A DNA stretch of 64,000 bases from assembly GCF_026571515.1 (NCBI RefSeq), contig NW_026858936.1, positions 62,001 to 126,000 on the forward strand, read 5' to 3'. Below, piece by piece: positions 1 to 24,609 of the stretch (its first letter is position 1; the number at the start of each line of letters is the position of its first letter). This DNA comes from Ruditapes philippinarum. Lineage: Eukaryota. Below the pieces are notes generated by a model. The model did not search any database, was not told where the DNA came from, and saw only the letters and a list, made by a program, of their open reading frames with translations. Both the position numbers and the translations under genes were made by a program.

Positions 1-501
1 ATGTATTTATAATTAATGAAAAGTTTCTATTTTTTTTTAAGAATAAAAAATATTCAAATTACAATTTCATGATTAAATGTTTAGTGAAAATTCATGAACA
101 CATTTTTCATTTCTGAACACAATAAGGTTAAAAATCTATATTGACAACTGTGTGCATGATCTTTTTGTCCTCGACATTAAATGAACACCTTGTAAGTTTA
201 AGGAAACTGATTAACAATGATGAACAGTAGCTACAGACCTTTACTGACTTCACACCTGTATATAACTATAGGAAATACCAATTTACACAGACGATAATTC
301 AATGGATCTTACAAGATTTTAAGATTTGAATTTCTATTGTCAATATTTCAATGTTTTGATCACTTAAATTAAATTTTTCAATCCATGGATACAAACTTTC
401 AAGTTGTTAAAAGCTGTTTAAAAATGGTAATAATTGGTCCACGCTTCTTCTGACAACAGCACACACTTTTCACAGTCTTAAATCTATCCACGCCATTGTT
501 T

Positions 502-12073
<11,572 letters not shown>

Positions 12074-12154
12074 GTTTATTTTTCCTCTGTTATTGCGCTT
12101 GAAACGAGATGTTGTTCCTAAATGAATGGACAATGGCGTGTATACATTTAAAAC

Positions 12155-12177
12155 GGCGCGAAAGTGTATCACGTGAC
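12155..12177 (-). promoter_or_regulatory. MCM7 proximal promoter: E2F site plus E-box
   Basis: GGCGCGAAA at 12155-12163 (TTTCGCGCC on minus, the canonical E2F motif) lies ~80 bp upstream of the MCM7 ATG, next to TCACGTGAC at 12169-12177, in a locally CpG-rich patch. MCM genes are established E2F targets. Confidence 0.7.
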
Positions 12178-13129
12178 TTCAACCCGTTACGCGACTGTGA
12201 TTTCTTTACTGATTTATGACGGGAACCAGCGGTATTGTCAATTTATTGCCGAAAGCTTTATTAACACGGAAGTTATAACAGACGATAATTTCATTGTGCC
12301 AGATTTTGTAAAGGTCTATTATCTGATTATCATAAAGAAATCTACTTTACAACATTGTTATTTTATTATCAATGAAAAGGAAATATTTCCTGTTTATCGA
12401 TTTTGAAGATAAGGAAGTTTATTAGACATTATTAAGATTTGATTTTGAACAATGTTTTTTACAATTTATATTAGATCTACATAATGCATAATTTAGACAA
12501 TATGCTTGACCAAAATCATCACCATTTATTTTTGACATTTATATAAATGTAATTATGATTCTATTCTTAATTATCTTTGATGAGTAAATAATTCTATATG
12601 TAGACTCTACGGATAAAATGTTTATAAATAATGTTAATTACAGCTAGATATTAATAAGTCTCTGTTAATTTGAATAAGAACAAACCTCACTGACTTTGAT
12701 GTAGGAAGTCCTACATCTAAATCCATTAAATGTCAATATTTATTTTGTTGCTAAAATGGTTATGACAAATAATTATAATTATTAAAGATTATCATTGACT
12801 ATTGAAAGAACAATATATATATTAAAATATTTATTAGATTCTAATTATTGATTTCTCTATTGAAAATTTTAATGAATGGTCTGATTATATACTGCAAAAC
12901 TGTTTCCTGTATCATTATTCATTCATACATGTATATAATTGAAATATTGATGAAATAAAATGCATAATTTTATTTTTTCGGATTTTTCGGATTTTAACTG
13001 TAAAAAAAATGTTTCATCGTATTTTCTCTGGTGTCTTGGAGTTCTTGTCGGACTAATTTCTTCTAAATTCAGCCAGGACACAAAATGTAAGGGGAAGTCT
13101 TTCAAATGAAATTGATATGTCAAAAAAGA

Positions 13130-13322
13130 GAAAAATGCAAATAAGAAAAAAGAAAATTCAAGTGTTTTCTCTCTATAAATACAGGATTTATTTTCATAGT
13201 GTAATATGAAAATTATCATATTTCATCTGTGGCTACCGCCACTCATGAAATATTAATGTTCATACCACTCGATGAAAATAAATCCTGTACGTGTTAATAG
13301 AAAAAAAATGAATATCCTCTAT
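13130..13322. mobile_element. Second, inverted and diverged copy of the hairpin element
   Basis: Palindrome centred on GTGGCTACCGCCAC, ending ATATCCTCTAT (reverse complement of the start of the element at 909). Confidence 0.6.
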
Positions 13323-13604
13323 CATTAAATGTCACATAATTCAAGTAGATAGTGTTATTTATTGTGAAAGCACTAGATATAGTATACGACGGAATGATGG
13401 GTAGTGGTACTAAGTCCTTGAAGGTGTTAGATAACTGTAAGTCACCACTAAAGCCACTAGGTACCACGTTTAATTAATACATGTATTGATGAAAATGTTG
13501 ATTTTAATGTTCAGATTACATTTTAATCCATGTATTGAGAGACACAGGCAACGTTTTCACTTTTTCGTTTCGAATTTTTCATTCATTATTCTGTAAGTGT
13601 GCTC

Positions 13605-14046
13605 AAAATGAATACTCAGTCACAAGAATAAAACATTTCTCCTTAAAAAAAAATAAAATGGTGGTTTCCTGACTTGACCCACGCAGGTCAGGTTAGAGCG
13701 TTAAGATTTCACAATAGTTGTCACAGTGAACTCTGGAAACGTTAAGAAACATGTCAAATGAATGACTTAAACTTATTTCAATCATACAAGATCCACAGTA
13801 TCTGTTATTGTAACTTCCAGGGTTTGTTCAAGTCACATAACTTGCTGTAAAATGTGTACTAGGTGATTCTGTCGGCGACTAAATTTCGTTCAATATATAT
13901 AAATATTTTTACACTTCAAACCCAAAAGAAATAAAATTTATACAGAAATTCATGCTAGGACTTTAAAACATATCATTTTAGCGTGATTTGAGTACAAAAG
14001 ACCATTAAAATATTTTTGTCATAAATTTGCCTGAGTATTCCTTTAA
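13605..14046. mobile_element. Kolobok-like MITE (degenerate left end)
   Basis: GAATACTCAG near 13610 and CTGAGTATTCCT followed by TTAA at 14031-14046. Confidence 0.45.
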
Positions 14047-14732
14047 TGTTGGGAGAGGTGTTGCCAGACCCATGTAGAACAATACGAGGTATATTTTAGT
14101 TCTGTGGATAAATATTAAGATCTATAATGTCCGCAAAAATTATGTAAATGTGTTATTTAATATATAGTGATTTCTAAAAATGTTGTTTAAAAAGATCGAA
14201 AAAGCTTAGTTATGAGTTAAAAAGAAAATAAGAGATATTGAACGCCGCGTCACGTACTGTATATAGTCCTGCGGATTTTTGGAAATTGTTTGCTAAAAAG
14301 CAGATTCACAAGAACTATATATAACCGTAAGTTTTTCTAAGATTTTGTGTTTATCTTTTCCAAATGTTTTACATGCCCAAAATGAACTTCTTTGCAGAAA
14401 GACAGTAGCTAGCTAATGTTGCTACAACTTGTTGACAACACACATCATTTTTCATGTCAAAATAATTTAGCCATCTATACAGTTGTTACGTAATTTGACC
14501 AACGTGTATTTATAAGGGATATAAACTATATAAATCCCTGACACGTGATTAATGTACGGTGATTACGTAATTTAATTAATACGGGAAGCGCGAGCTAGCT
14601 GGGACCAGAGCAAGTATGACACGTTGATTATACTGTATTATACTGATAAAATTGTAATACACCGCACAAGACCATACGTTACATATACCAGCAATAAAAA
14701 ATCTTCCCTTTTTTCGGGGTACGAACTCTTAA

Positions 14733-15081
14733 AGCTGCATGCCTCCATATGAACCAAAATATTTCAATAAAATCAAACTTGAGAAAAAGGTATTGAGATT
14801 TTAAGAAAAGTAAAAATATTCAAAATAAAAGTAATAATGTCCCTGTTATGGTTATGTTATGGTTTTGATTTACGACCGATTTTGCTGTATTTTTCAGCAT
14901 ATTTCTATTGGGTTACTAACGCAGTAAATAAGGGCTATTTTTGCATATTTTGACCTTTTTTGGTAATTAACACGGGTTGTAAATGCAGTTTGCAAAGTAA
15001 ACGTTATTTTCTTAGTTCAATTCACAATATTTATGTTTTAATACATTTTCAAAATTTTCATAAATCTGGAGGCGTGCTGCT
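14733..15081. mobile_element. Kolobok-like MITE with TTAA TSD
   Basis: TTAA|AGCTGCATGCCTCCA ... TGGAGGCGTGCTGCT|TTAA; RR..YY termini. Confidence 0.7.
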
Positions 15082-15295
15082 TTAAATGAAGAGCCTTTCA
15101 TTGGACTGTAGATGGTTATATTGGTACATATTCAAACTATTACATATCATTACATTATTTATATATATTACATATAATGTTTAACTCGCAGATAATAAAT
15201 TATCATTACAAGATGAATGTATAAACTTGTGAACGACAACTAAAAGCATTCCCACTTCTTAAATGATTGCTTGTCAACTTTCAGATAGATATTAT

Positions 15296-15650
15296 AGCAG
15301 CATGTCTCCAGATTCTGACTAATTTTTATGGAAATTTTGGTAAGGTATTTTAAAGTAAAATATTTTGATGCGAACAATTAAAGAAATTTACACATTGCAA
15401 ACGGTACTTAAACCATAAGTAAACCACGTAAATAACCAGAAAGAGGCTAAAACATGCAAAATAGCCCTGACTGCATCGGTCACGCAAGAGAAATATGGTT
15501 ATAAATACTGAAAAAAAACAGTCATTAATATCACACAACATGTACGATATTACTTGAATCTGGAATCCTTTACTTTTCTTTAAACCAAAGTACATCTTTT
15601 TCAAGTTTGATTTTCTTTAAATACTTTGGCTCATCTTGAGGTATGCAGCT
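15296..15650. mobile_element. Second copy of the same Kolobok-like MITE, inverted
   Basis: AGCAGCATGTCTCCAGA ... GAGGTATGCAGCT; the interior is a diverged reverse complement of 14733-15081. Confidence 0.65.
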
Positions 15651-15920
15651 TAAAGTATATAAATATATAGAGATCGTGGTGGAAGTAGTAAAGAAGTAAG
15701 GGGACCGTAGGGGTACGGATGTGGACCAAGGTACATTACCCCTTTTACTTCCGGTGGCAATAGGACTTTTAAAATAATCTTTCGTGGGAAAAGAAGGTGG
15801 GCAACCAAACTTAACTAATTTGAATGTATCCTTATATAATCGGTTAAAAAGCATCTTAATATAAGTAAAACAGTGCCATCTGTAAACGTATATCAATTCT
15901 GTAGAAAACGTAGAAAACAA

Positions 15921-16088
15921 NNNNNNNNNNNNNNNNNNNNNNNNNNNNNNNNNNNNNNNNNNNNNNNNNNNNNNNNNNNNNNNNNNNNNNNNNNNNNNNN
16001 NNNNNNNNNNNNNNNNNNNNNNNNNNNNNNNNNNNNNNNNNNNNNNNNNNNNNNNNNNNNNNNNNNNNNNNNNNNNNNNNNNNNNNNN
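15921..16088. other. Assembly gap (168 N)
   Basis: Run of n characters. Confidence 1.
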
Positions 16089-16323
16089 AAAAAACACAAG
16101 AAAAACAACTACACAATGATTTAAAATAAACTTGGCCAATAATTTGATTAAACACGATTCAAACTTAATGGTCGTATATTTGAATAGCACTTAAAGCCCT
16201 TATCAGCTAGTCAAATAATATCCAGGTCAGCGAGACATTACAGTGTATATATGAAATACAAATAGTGATCTGATCGCGATATACTTAAAACGTTAGAGTA
16301 ATAACTTTTATGTTGATTCAGCC

Positions 16324-19300
16324 ATGTTTAGTAAACTAAGGCTCGGACTTTTGACCAGTAGACAGTGTACCAAGGTGCATGATGGAATATTATCTCTGCC
16401 AGTTTTGAATGTAAGTGTTATTTTTACTCGTATATCTGTAAGTTTTCATTGAATGTAGATATTCAGTAGGTCGGTTTGCATCAATTACAGGGGATCAGTT
16501 TTTGATGTTGAGTGCAAGACATATCTTTGAGATAGGATTCTACTGAAAAGTTGGCGTATTTTCGCCATTTTCAAGGGTTAACCTTTAGACTGCTGGCGGC
16601 AACTTATACCCTGCCCAGACAAAGATCAGCTGTCATTTTAAAGCTCTAGTACAATGTTGTTTATTAGAATAATTTTTATGTTGTTTATATAGCGGATGAA
16701 TTTTAAACCGTTGATTTACTGCTGAGATTACTGTACTTTTTGCCAGGTTATTGCCATTAGTTTTCTGAACATTGCAAAACAAATATATTATGTAATACAA
16801 CGTACCGGCCTAGATTTTGACTTTACAATTTTACATTTGTTTAACATTCTAAAATATTGTTATATCTATATAGGTCATACAGTTATCTTAGTCAATATTT
16901 ACAGATACGACTTTGCTGTACAAATGCAAATACATGTACGATGTAGAAAGTTTAAATGTAAAAGGATATAAATATCTGGAAAAAAGTTCTCACTCGGAAG
17001 CATTAAAATGAGCAATGAAAAATGCAGACATTGTTTGATTGAGTCTGTACGTGAGGGATTATTAAAAAGGATAACATCCCAAAACGCCCTATTGACCTGA
17101 GCGGTACTCAATTCTCAACACCTAAAAGTGCTTAATTCAATGATCCCGAAGGACCAGAAAAATATAACAACCCTGAAGTGAAGTACGGGGCAACTTTTTA
17201 CGGCTGCCATGTAAATTTTAAGCTATATTCAATGGAATATTTTCATAGAATTCAAAAGCATTAAAATGAATTTGTTTCCATAATCTTATTGTCGACTCTC
17301 CAAAGTTTTTTTTATAAAAAATCATTTCTGTTGTTAAACACATATGAGTACTGTACGTCAATAGAATAAAATGTTCCTGAGCTGAGTAAAATATTATTTT
17401 TCTTTTTCAAATGCGGTTTTAAAACGCCAGTTAGTAATGATTTCGTCCATAAACCATTCTACCGGCATCAGTAATGGCAGGGTTCTGGCCCAAACTATGG
17501 TCACAGTTTAAAAAAAAACCCGGGACCTATTTTTTTTGGAAAAACTTACAATGGTAAGACTATAAAGTTACGTCACAGTTTTAAAATCCATTCATTAATT
17601 TCAAATGTTTATACATCTTATTTAAAAATGAAATTCCACTGACAAATTATATATATTCCCAATTTATAGACCTGTTTGTATCTGATCATATTGCCTTTAT
17701 AGACACATAAACGACTTTGACGAGTAGCAACCAAATCATGCATATGAATTCAATTCCATTACCAATTCTTTATACACCGATTTTCCACTTTCATGAATTG
17801 TTTAGCTTCACACGAATCACCAAGACAATCCGCATCGTACGGTGACATAAATGGGCCTTCGGAAATATTTCATTACCATGTGCGCACGCGATAGCTACTA
17901 CGTGCGCACACGATAGCTATCTGGTGAGGCCGTGATAGGTACCACATGCGTACGCGATAGCTACTGTGCGCGCATGTACAAGCTATTTCGTGCTCACGTG
18001 ATAGCAATTACGTGCGCACGTAATGATTGACCAACGTAGCGGCTATCTCATGCGCACGAAATAGCTATTGTGTGCGCACGTAGTAGTTATTGTGTGCCCA
18101 TTTAGTATCTGCTATCGCGTGTGCACATGGTAGATAAAATATTGCTGATGTCCCCTCTATGCCACCGTAGTATCGGCATGCTTAATACAGAACAAATTTC
18201 AAACTCGCGTAAAAACAAAAATATAATGTATCCCTTTGTCTTTTATATTTTTTGACACATTGTATAAATATGCAGACAAGGCAAAGTCGTTAAGATTAAC
18301 TTTAACAAAAGAAAAAAAGTATTACACAAAGAATCGTTTTAATAGGAAAATGACAACCATAGTCTTAAGCTCTTTTTTCGAATTAAAGTTTGTGTCATTA
18401 CGCAGACCGTTAATGAACTGTGAATAACAATTAAGTCTAATTGAATATTTAGACTAATTAAGTGTATGATCTTTTATTACATGAAAAGAAAATAAGAACT
18501 GAGATTAATTTTAAATATCAATTTTAAATTTTGCTTCTTTAAGTTATATAGAAGACAAAGTAGGTATACACATGTACTGAGGTGTTGTATTATTGTATTT
18601 TAATCCTATGCATTCGTAAGATAAGTTTAAATATACATGTACAAATGAACTGTTTAACATGCAGTAACTATATTATATACTAGTTGGAAATCTTCGAATC
18701 AAAAAAGATGACGTACAAGGAGCACAAAGTGAATTTACTGGTCAACGCAAAGCTCCAAACAATATTATAGTAATAGCAATAGATGGGAACGTCGAACAAT
18801 TTTCATAGTGAAATTTGTAACGGTAGCGGTTATACACAGTATAAGTAATATCAAGGGTCACACCTTACTAAGTTTCTGATTTTTTTATTCTACTAGAATG
18901 CAAAGAGGGATATACACACAGACAATGGTGGTCGGGAAATAAAGAAGAAATACTCAGTAGGATTATTTGGATGTGGACGAATAGCAGGTTTAAACTTAAC
19001 CTTACTAGGATGTTCTTATTATTGCTTTAGATTTATGTGTATCACAAATGTAATGCAAAGTCACGTAAATTTTGCTTGACTATTTTTCTTTTGCGAAATT
19101 AAATCCACATAATTGCACATGCACTGACTTTATTGAAAAGCATGCACTTACGAATTACTTTACCAGGCTTTTAATTCATACATTTATCAACGCACACCTA
19201 TCAAATTGATAGCAACATATATAATAATTGTTTTTAAAGGAAATCGTAAGAAATATTTTAAATATATGTCCAATTTTGTCTTTTATTTCAGAATTGTTTA

Positions 19301-22300
19301 TGCCGGAAATTATTCCGCAAGCCAATCTAATATTAAGACTTTAGTTTCCAGCCAAACATCTTGAACTCCACGACTTGGAGAAGGCGACATGCAGCAACGG
19401 ACTTAAAACGTAGAAATATATAAAACAATACTACAGGATGATTAGTATTAAACCTATCGGTAAGAAGTTGACAAGGACGTTAAAACCAAATATAAGGACT
19501 TGGTAAAGTACTTAACAACCTTGTAATTAGTAATTTTAATGTTTACAGGCGTTTCAGTTCTGTCATGGATGTGAAAGCACGAGTGCTTAGTTTTTTTCTC
19601 ACAAAGACACATTTCTTTTACCTGCAAGACCTAACACTCATCCCAATTCTAATTCATTATCAGGTGTGCATCTGAAGAATATATTACGCAATCGTAGATT
19701 GGATCTAAAATGGATCGTGGAGCAGGACCGAGATAGATTACAAGAGGTAAAGGAACAGTTCGTGCTTGGAGACGAGATACAGTTTTACAAGCCATCCGAC
19801 AGAGACCAATTACTGTCTGATAAAAGGTTATACATTCTTTTTCTTTGCACTCTATTACTTTGCAACCGCCTACTTTTGAAAGATGGATAAATAAAAGATA
19901 ATGAAAGACATAAACGAAATAATCTTAAAGGAATAGACAAAATAATATAAAATCAAAGAAATATACAGGACAATCTCGTACACGTAACCGTGTATTGTTT
20001 TATACTCGAATTTGTAAAATTGTTGGCTATAAGTAAGAATTTTATGTAAAGATAAAGGTAACAGTTCCTCGCTAATATCATGTCTAGGCGTGGAGGTTTT
20101 AAACATGTTTCTCAACCTTGTCTCAAATTTCAGTAACTTCATTTGACAATGTAAATCTTACCAATCAGATTCTCGAGATTTGAGTTGAAGATTAAAACAT
20201 TTCTTTACAATCTTGGACCCATTACATGTATATTCTTCCGATTGGTTCTTTTTGTTAAGTTTAGACGGTCAATTCAAAAATTAGTATTAAATAGTTCTTT
20301 ATTATTTCAGTCTAGATGCTGTTATTGTTGTGTCCCCTACAAATACGCATACAGAATATATATGTGAAAGCCTTAAAAAGGGTAAGAGCTAATTTATAGT
20401 AATAATCTACGAGAAGAAGGCTTCTAAAATTGCAAATATACAAGTAAACGCAGTGTGTAGAAAAACATTTTCTCCATAATACATAAACTATTACACGTAT
20501 TTTTGTGTGTGCATGCATATCTTAACTGTTCTTTTTTCCTGCGAGAAATGGCGCATCTCCCAGCAGTTTGTTGCCAAATTTGTCATGCATTTATGTATTG
20601 ATATACAAAAAAAAAACCAAAATAAAATTAGCTATTTATGATAATAGCACAAAAGTCACACCTATGCAATCTTTTTTCATTTAGCATCCCTTTAAGAAAA
20701 CCTTATTCAGAGAATTATGATCTTACTTAATACCAAGTACATTATATGTGTGCAGGTAAATCAGTATTCACGGAGAAGCCTGCCGGAGAGTCCGTGTCAG
20801 ACATTAGGAAATGTTATGAAACGGCGGAAGAAAACGGTCTAACCCTTGTTACTGGATACACAAGGTAAGCTACATGTAATAGTAAAATCTCGCAAGATCA
20901 ATGGCCGTAAATTACAGTCTCAGTTTGACTTATCCTGTTAAATGTCGGTAACAAAAGCAACAATACATAAATCAAATCAACTATACCGTAAATCAACTAC
21001 ATTTCCACAGACCATTATAACAATATGTTGATGTATATCTTTTGAAAAATTCGAATAACCGCTTTTTCCTCATATACTAAAGAAACACGTGCCAATAATA
21101 TTAAAGCTGCTATCCCACGCGGTTGATATTTTGTGAAACTTGTTTTCGTTTTAAATGGTCTTTGTTTAAAATTTCTTAGATTATTATTCTTAGACCATTC
21201 CGAACCAAGATCAGCAAGCATATTCGAACCTACTGAACATGGTCCGCATCGTCCGCTATTTAATCAGTACTTACACGTACTTTGATAATTACCATACAAA
21301 TGATAAGCTAGATTTTGCAGAATGAAAGACGGACATGTTCATGTAAGACATTTAGCGTGAAATTGGTTAAATAAATGAAGAAATGATACTCCATACAGGC
21401 GTTGACATACCTTAAACTGTTCAAACGAAAAACTGTTAAAAATCAAGTACCTTAAGAGCTACATGTTTTACACTTTCAGACGTTTTGATGCAGAATTTTG
21501 TGACGTGAAAAATGCTTTAGACAATGGTAGTCTGGGGAAATTACAATGTATAAAAACTACCACAAGAGATTCGCCAAAACCATCGTATACATTTCTTAAA
21601 TCAGCAGGTATTTGTGTTACCAGACGACTTGAATAACTGATGACTTTTTAAAAGTTCCAGTTTGATTCCGTTGAATGCAAGCTCAGTTGTCCAAAACAAA
21701 TAAGCCAAAGTTTATTACTTTTTTATTGATAGAACCCTACTTTGACCTTCTATTCGAATACCACAAACGTTGACATGCGCTCTATTGTTAACAAAATGTT
21801 ATGGTGAAATTCTTATTGTATCCACTAACATGATATTTAGAATTAGACAGGGCAGGGATCTATGCATTACTTTAGTTCCTGTTAAAATTACTACTAGTAT
21901 TATTGTTAGTAAATTTACATAAAGCTTCTCATTTGCAATAAATTTCAGACTTAAATATTGTTAGAAGAAATTATTTACTAACAGTGGATAATCAATGTTC
22001 ACCTTATTACATTACAGAACATGTTAAGTTGTAAGAAACAGCTTAACAAAATACATATGATTCTTTGTAAAACATGTGTTTGTCCTATATATGTTTTTTC
22101 TATAATATATGATTTGATATGACTTTGAATATTATATTATTTAATACCTAAAAAGTATGTTTTGTTAATTGAATTAAGGAAATGTTCTTAAAGGGCTTGG
22201 AACATTTTCATTCTTGGAGTATGGTCTTTAGACAAAACAAAGATATAGTTTAAACTTAATTTATGCAATAATTATTACATAAAATAACATTTACAAACAT

Positions 22301-23629
22301 TTCACAACAAAGTAATTCAGACTGGATTGGAAAATAAGTAAAGTTATACTTATATAAATTCCTCTCCATTAAAGGTAAATTTTCCAAATAAAGATACAAG
22401 CATGTTGCGGTTAGATGTAAGCTCTTTGAATGTACAACTAAGGTAACTTATGAAGAAAAGCTAGCAGAAATGAAGAATATAAGGCCATAACAACGTTTTA
22501 TTTTCAGACAGTACCGGATGTAATATTCTTGCCGATCTCGGCGTCCATGATATAGATATGATAGTCTGGCTCACTAAAGCTAAGAAGCCGGAATCCATCT
22601 TCATTAACTGCCATGTACATGATGATGAGCTTAAAGATTGCGGAGAACCAGACTCGCTGGTGGGAATGATAAAATACCCGGATGGAACGCTGGTTACTAT
22701 GGATGTGTTCAGAGAAAGTTGCTATGGTTACGATATACGACTTGAGGTAGATAGGTTTTTCTTCAACGTTTGAAAATTACCATACATGAATTTGTAGATA
22801 TTGTATTTGTTTTGTTATATTTACTTGTAAACAAACATGTCACATTTACTGATGTTTCAGTTGATTTTTATAGGATAGTACGGATAGCAAGGCAAATGAC
22901 TCTTAATTCTGGTACATGTACATGTTATATTCAGTCAGTCAATGATATTGATAGAATTTTTGTTATCTTGAAATAACTGACTTTACTACGCATCATTTCA
23001 AGGCGTTTGGTACCAAAGGCATGGCATTGGCCGAGAATCCACGAGAAAGTGCAACAGTAATAGATGGTGTAAGTGGAGGCAGAAGCAGACGAATTTTTAA
23101 CTCATTCCCTCAAAGATTTGAAGCGCCTTTTGAAGCTGAATTAGAACATTTTGTCGACTGTTTGGATGGTGAGTATGTAACCTAAGTGTCGTAACATCGG
23201 TTTAAATTTAAAACCAATCGTCCCTCAAAATTAACCTCTCTATTTTTTTCTCGCGAAAAATGACACTCTCCTGATGTTCCAATCACACCATAAAGACTTA
23301 GACCTTGTAAGGGGTTTGACAACATTAGAACATGAAAGAAATATAGAGTATAAGACTATATTTCGCCGGAAAAATCATACAAACTGTAAGATCCTGCATT
23401 GCTTTAAGAGTTAGCCAACACGACTTACTATTGACATTGTTAAGAATGCTTTGTAAGATTGAAAACCGAAAAGATTGTTAAATTCGTTGATACATGTTAA
23501 CTTGATATCTATTTATACATTTCAGGCAAAGCAGTTCCCCTTATAACGAAGGACGAAAGTTTACAAGTAGCTGAAATAATCGAGAAGGGAGTGCAATCAT
23601 ATAAAGAAAAGCGCCTTGTCATGTTTTAA
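16324..23629 (+). CDS. Gfo/Idh/MocA-family oxidoreductase, myo-inositol 2-dehydrogenase-like, 9 exons (~385 aa)
   Basis: Exons 16324-16410, 18897-18987, 19664-19826, 20311-20381, 20756-20864, 21480-21607, 22508-22746, 23003-23168, 23526-23629; GT-AG introns, 1158 nt in frame. Motifs: Rossmann VGLFGCGRIAG, DAVIVVSPT..H, FTEKP, GYTRRFD, RD(S)P, DLGVHDID, YGYDIRLEAFGTKG. AATAAA at 23639-23644. The first exon (gccATG...gtaagt) is less certain than the rest. Confidence 0.9.
17838..18169. mobile_element. TA-flanked MITE with internal GTGCGCAC/ATAGCTA tandem subrepeats
   Basis: TACGGTGACATA ... TATGCCACCGTA termini; ~20-bp internal units that switch orientation at the middle. Confidence 0.7.
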
Positions 23630-24145
23630 TGTATCAACAATAAACTTGTTATTTTATCATAAAATACATTATAAATATCTTTTATTGCATACTTATAAAT
23701 GAAATATTGCGAAATGTTGATGACAAAAATGCGTATTTTCATTGTCCGTGTTTTCACTATAGAAATATTTTTTTACTGCAGTAAAGCATATTTCCATGTT
23801 TTCACTGATGTCTTGCTGGACTACTTAAATATAGCTCTAAAAATGCAAAACTGCAAATCCAGCAAGAAAAATAACAAAGGGCAATAACACAAAATTATTA
23901 TTGTCTAAACAAAATAACGCAAGAAAGAACCAAAGGGCAATGACTTCAAAGATGAAATGAAAAAGATATTATACTTGTGTACTCAATTGATCCTCAATGA
24001 GATTTGTCCACCTGTAAAGTTTGTTTCAAGTTGATATACCAAAAACCTAAAAGGGCAATTACTCAAAAACTATCATGGGTAGAGTATCATTCCTGTGGTA
24101 TTGGGTAAATACTGAACACACAAATAATGATTGGAATCCGCAATG

Positions 24146-24609
24146 TTACTCATCTATTACGTCAGGAGGAGGCGGGGCATCTGGCCATTGCGCTGAGCCG
24201 GGATCCAATGGAACGGCTTCTTCGCCGTCATCTGTTATAGCAGTCTGCTCTAGCAATGGATCTCGTGCCTCACTTAAATGAGATTCTGTGCTTTCAATAA
24301 CTGATTTCTGACGAGGAAAATCCGAAGAATCTTCATATTTTAATACCTGTACCATGGTTTCTGTTGTTTCTGATGTAACTGGAATTCTATCATATTGATC
24401 GTCACTTCTCTCCATCACCGCCCTATTCGATAATGTTGAGGTCTCGATATCGTAAGTGTTTCGTCTGCCCCTAGTTTTAGATATTGAGCTCTTACTCGAT
24501 TTGCATACCACACAGTAAATGGCTAGCGCTACGATTACACAACTTGCTATAATACCAGCAGTACATGCAAGTAAAACCAAATGCCAAGTCTTTAGTGACA
24601 TATTCCCAT
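24146..24609 (-). CDS. Orphan single-pass transmembrane protein (terminal/main exon; 151 aa if it starts at the ATG at 24601)
   Basis: Long open frame with hydrophobic helix LVLLACTAGIIASCVIVALAIY, then CVVC, a basic patch, Tyr motifs (TYDI, QYDRI, KYED) and an acidic Pro-rich tail WPDAPPPPDVIDE. Candidate acceptor ttttaaaag at 24610-24618. Upstream exons unresolved (a possible one at ~25377-25427). Confidence 0.7.

Noticed and set aside
15570-16190. ORFs up to 206 aa
   Set aside because: Artefacts of the N gap.
17838-18169. CRISPR-like appearance of short regularly spaced repeats (also 49692-49883 and 57180-57842)
   Set aside because: No unique spacers, no cas genes and a eukaryotic context; these are MITE subrepeats or satellite.
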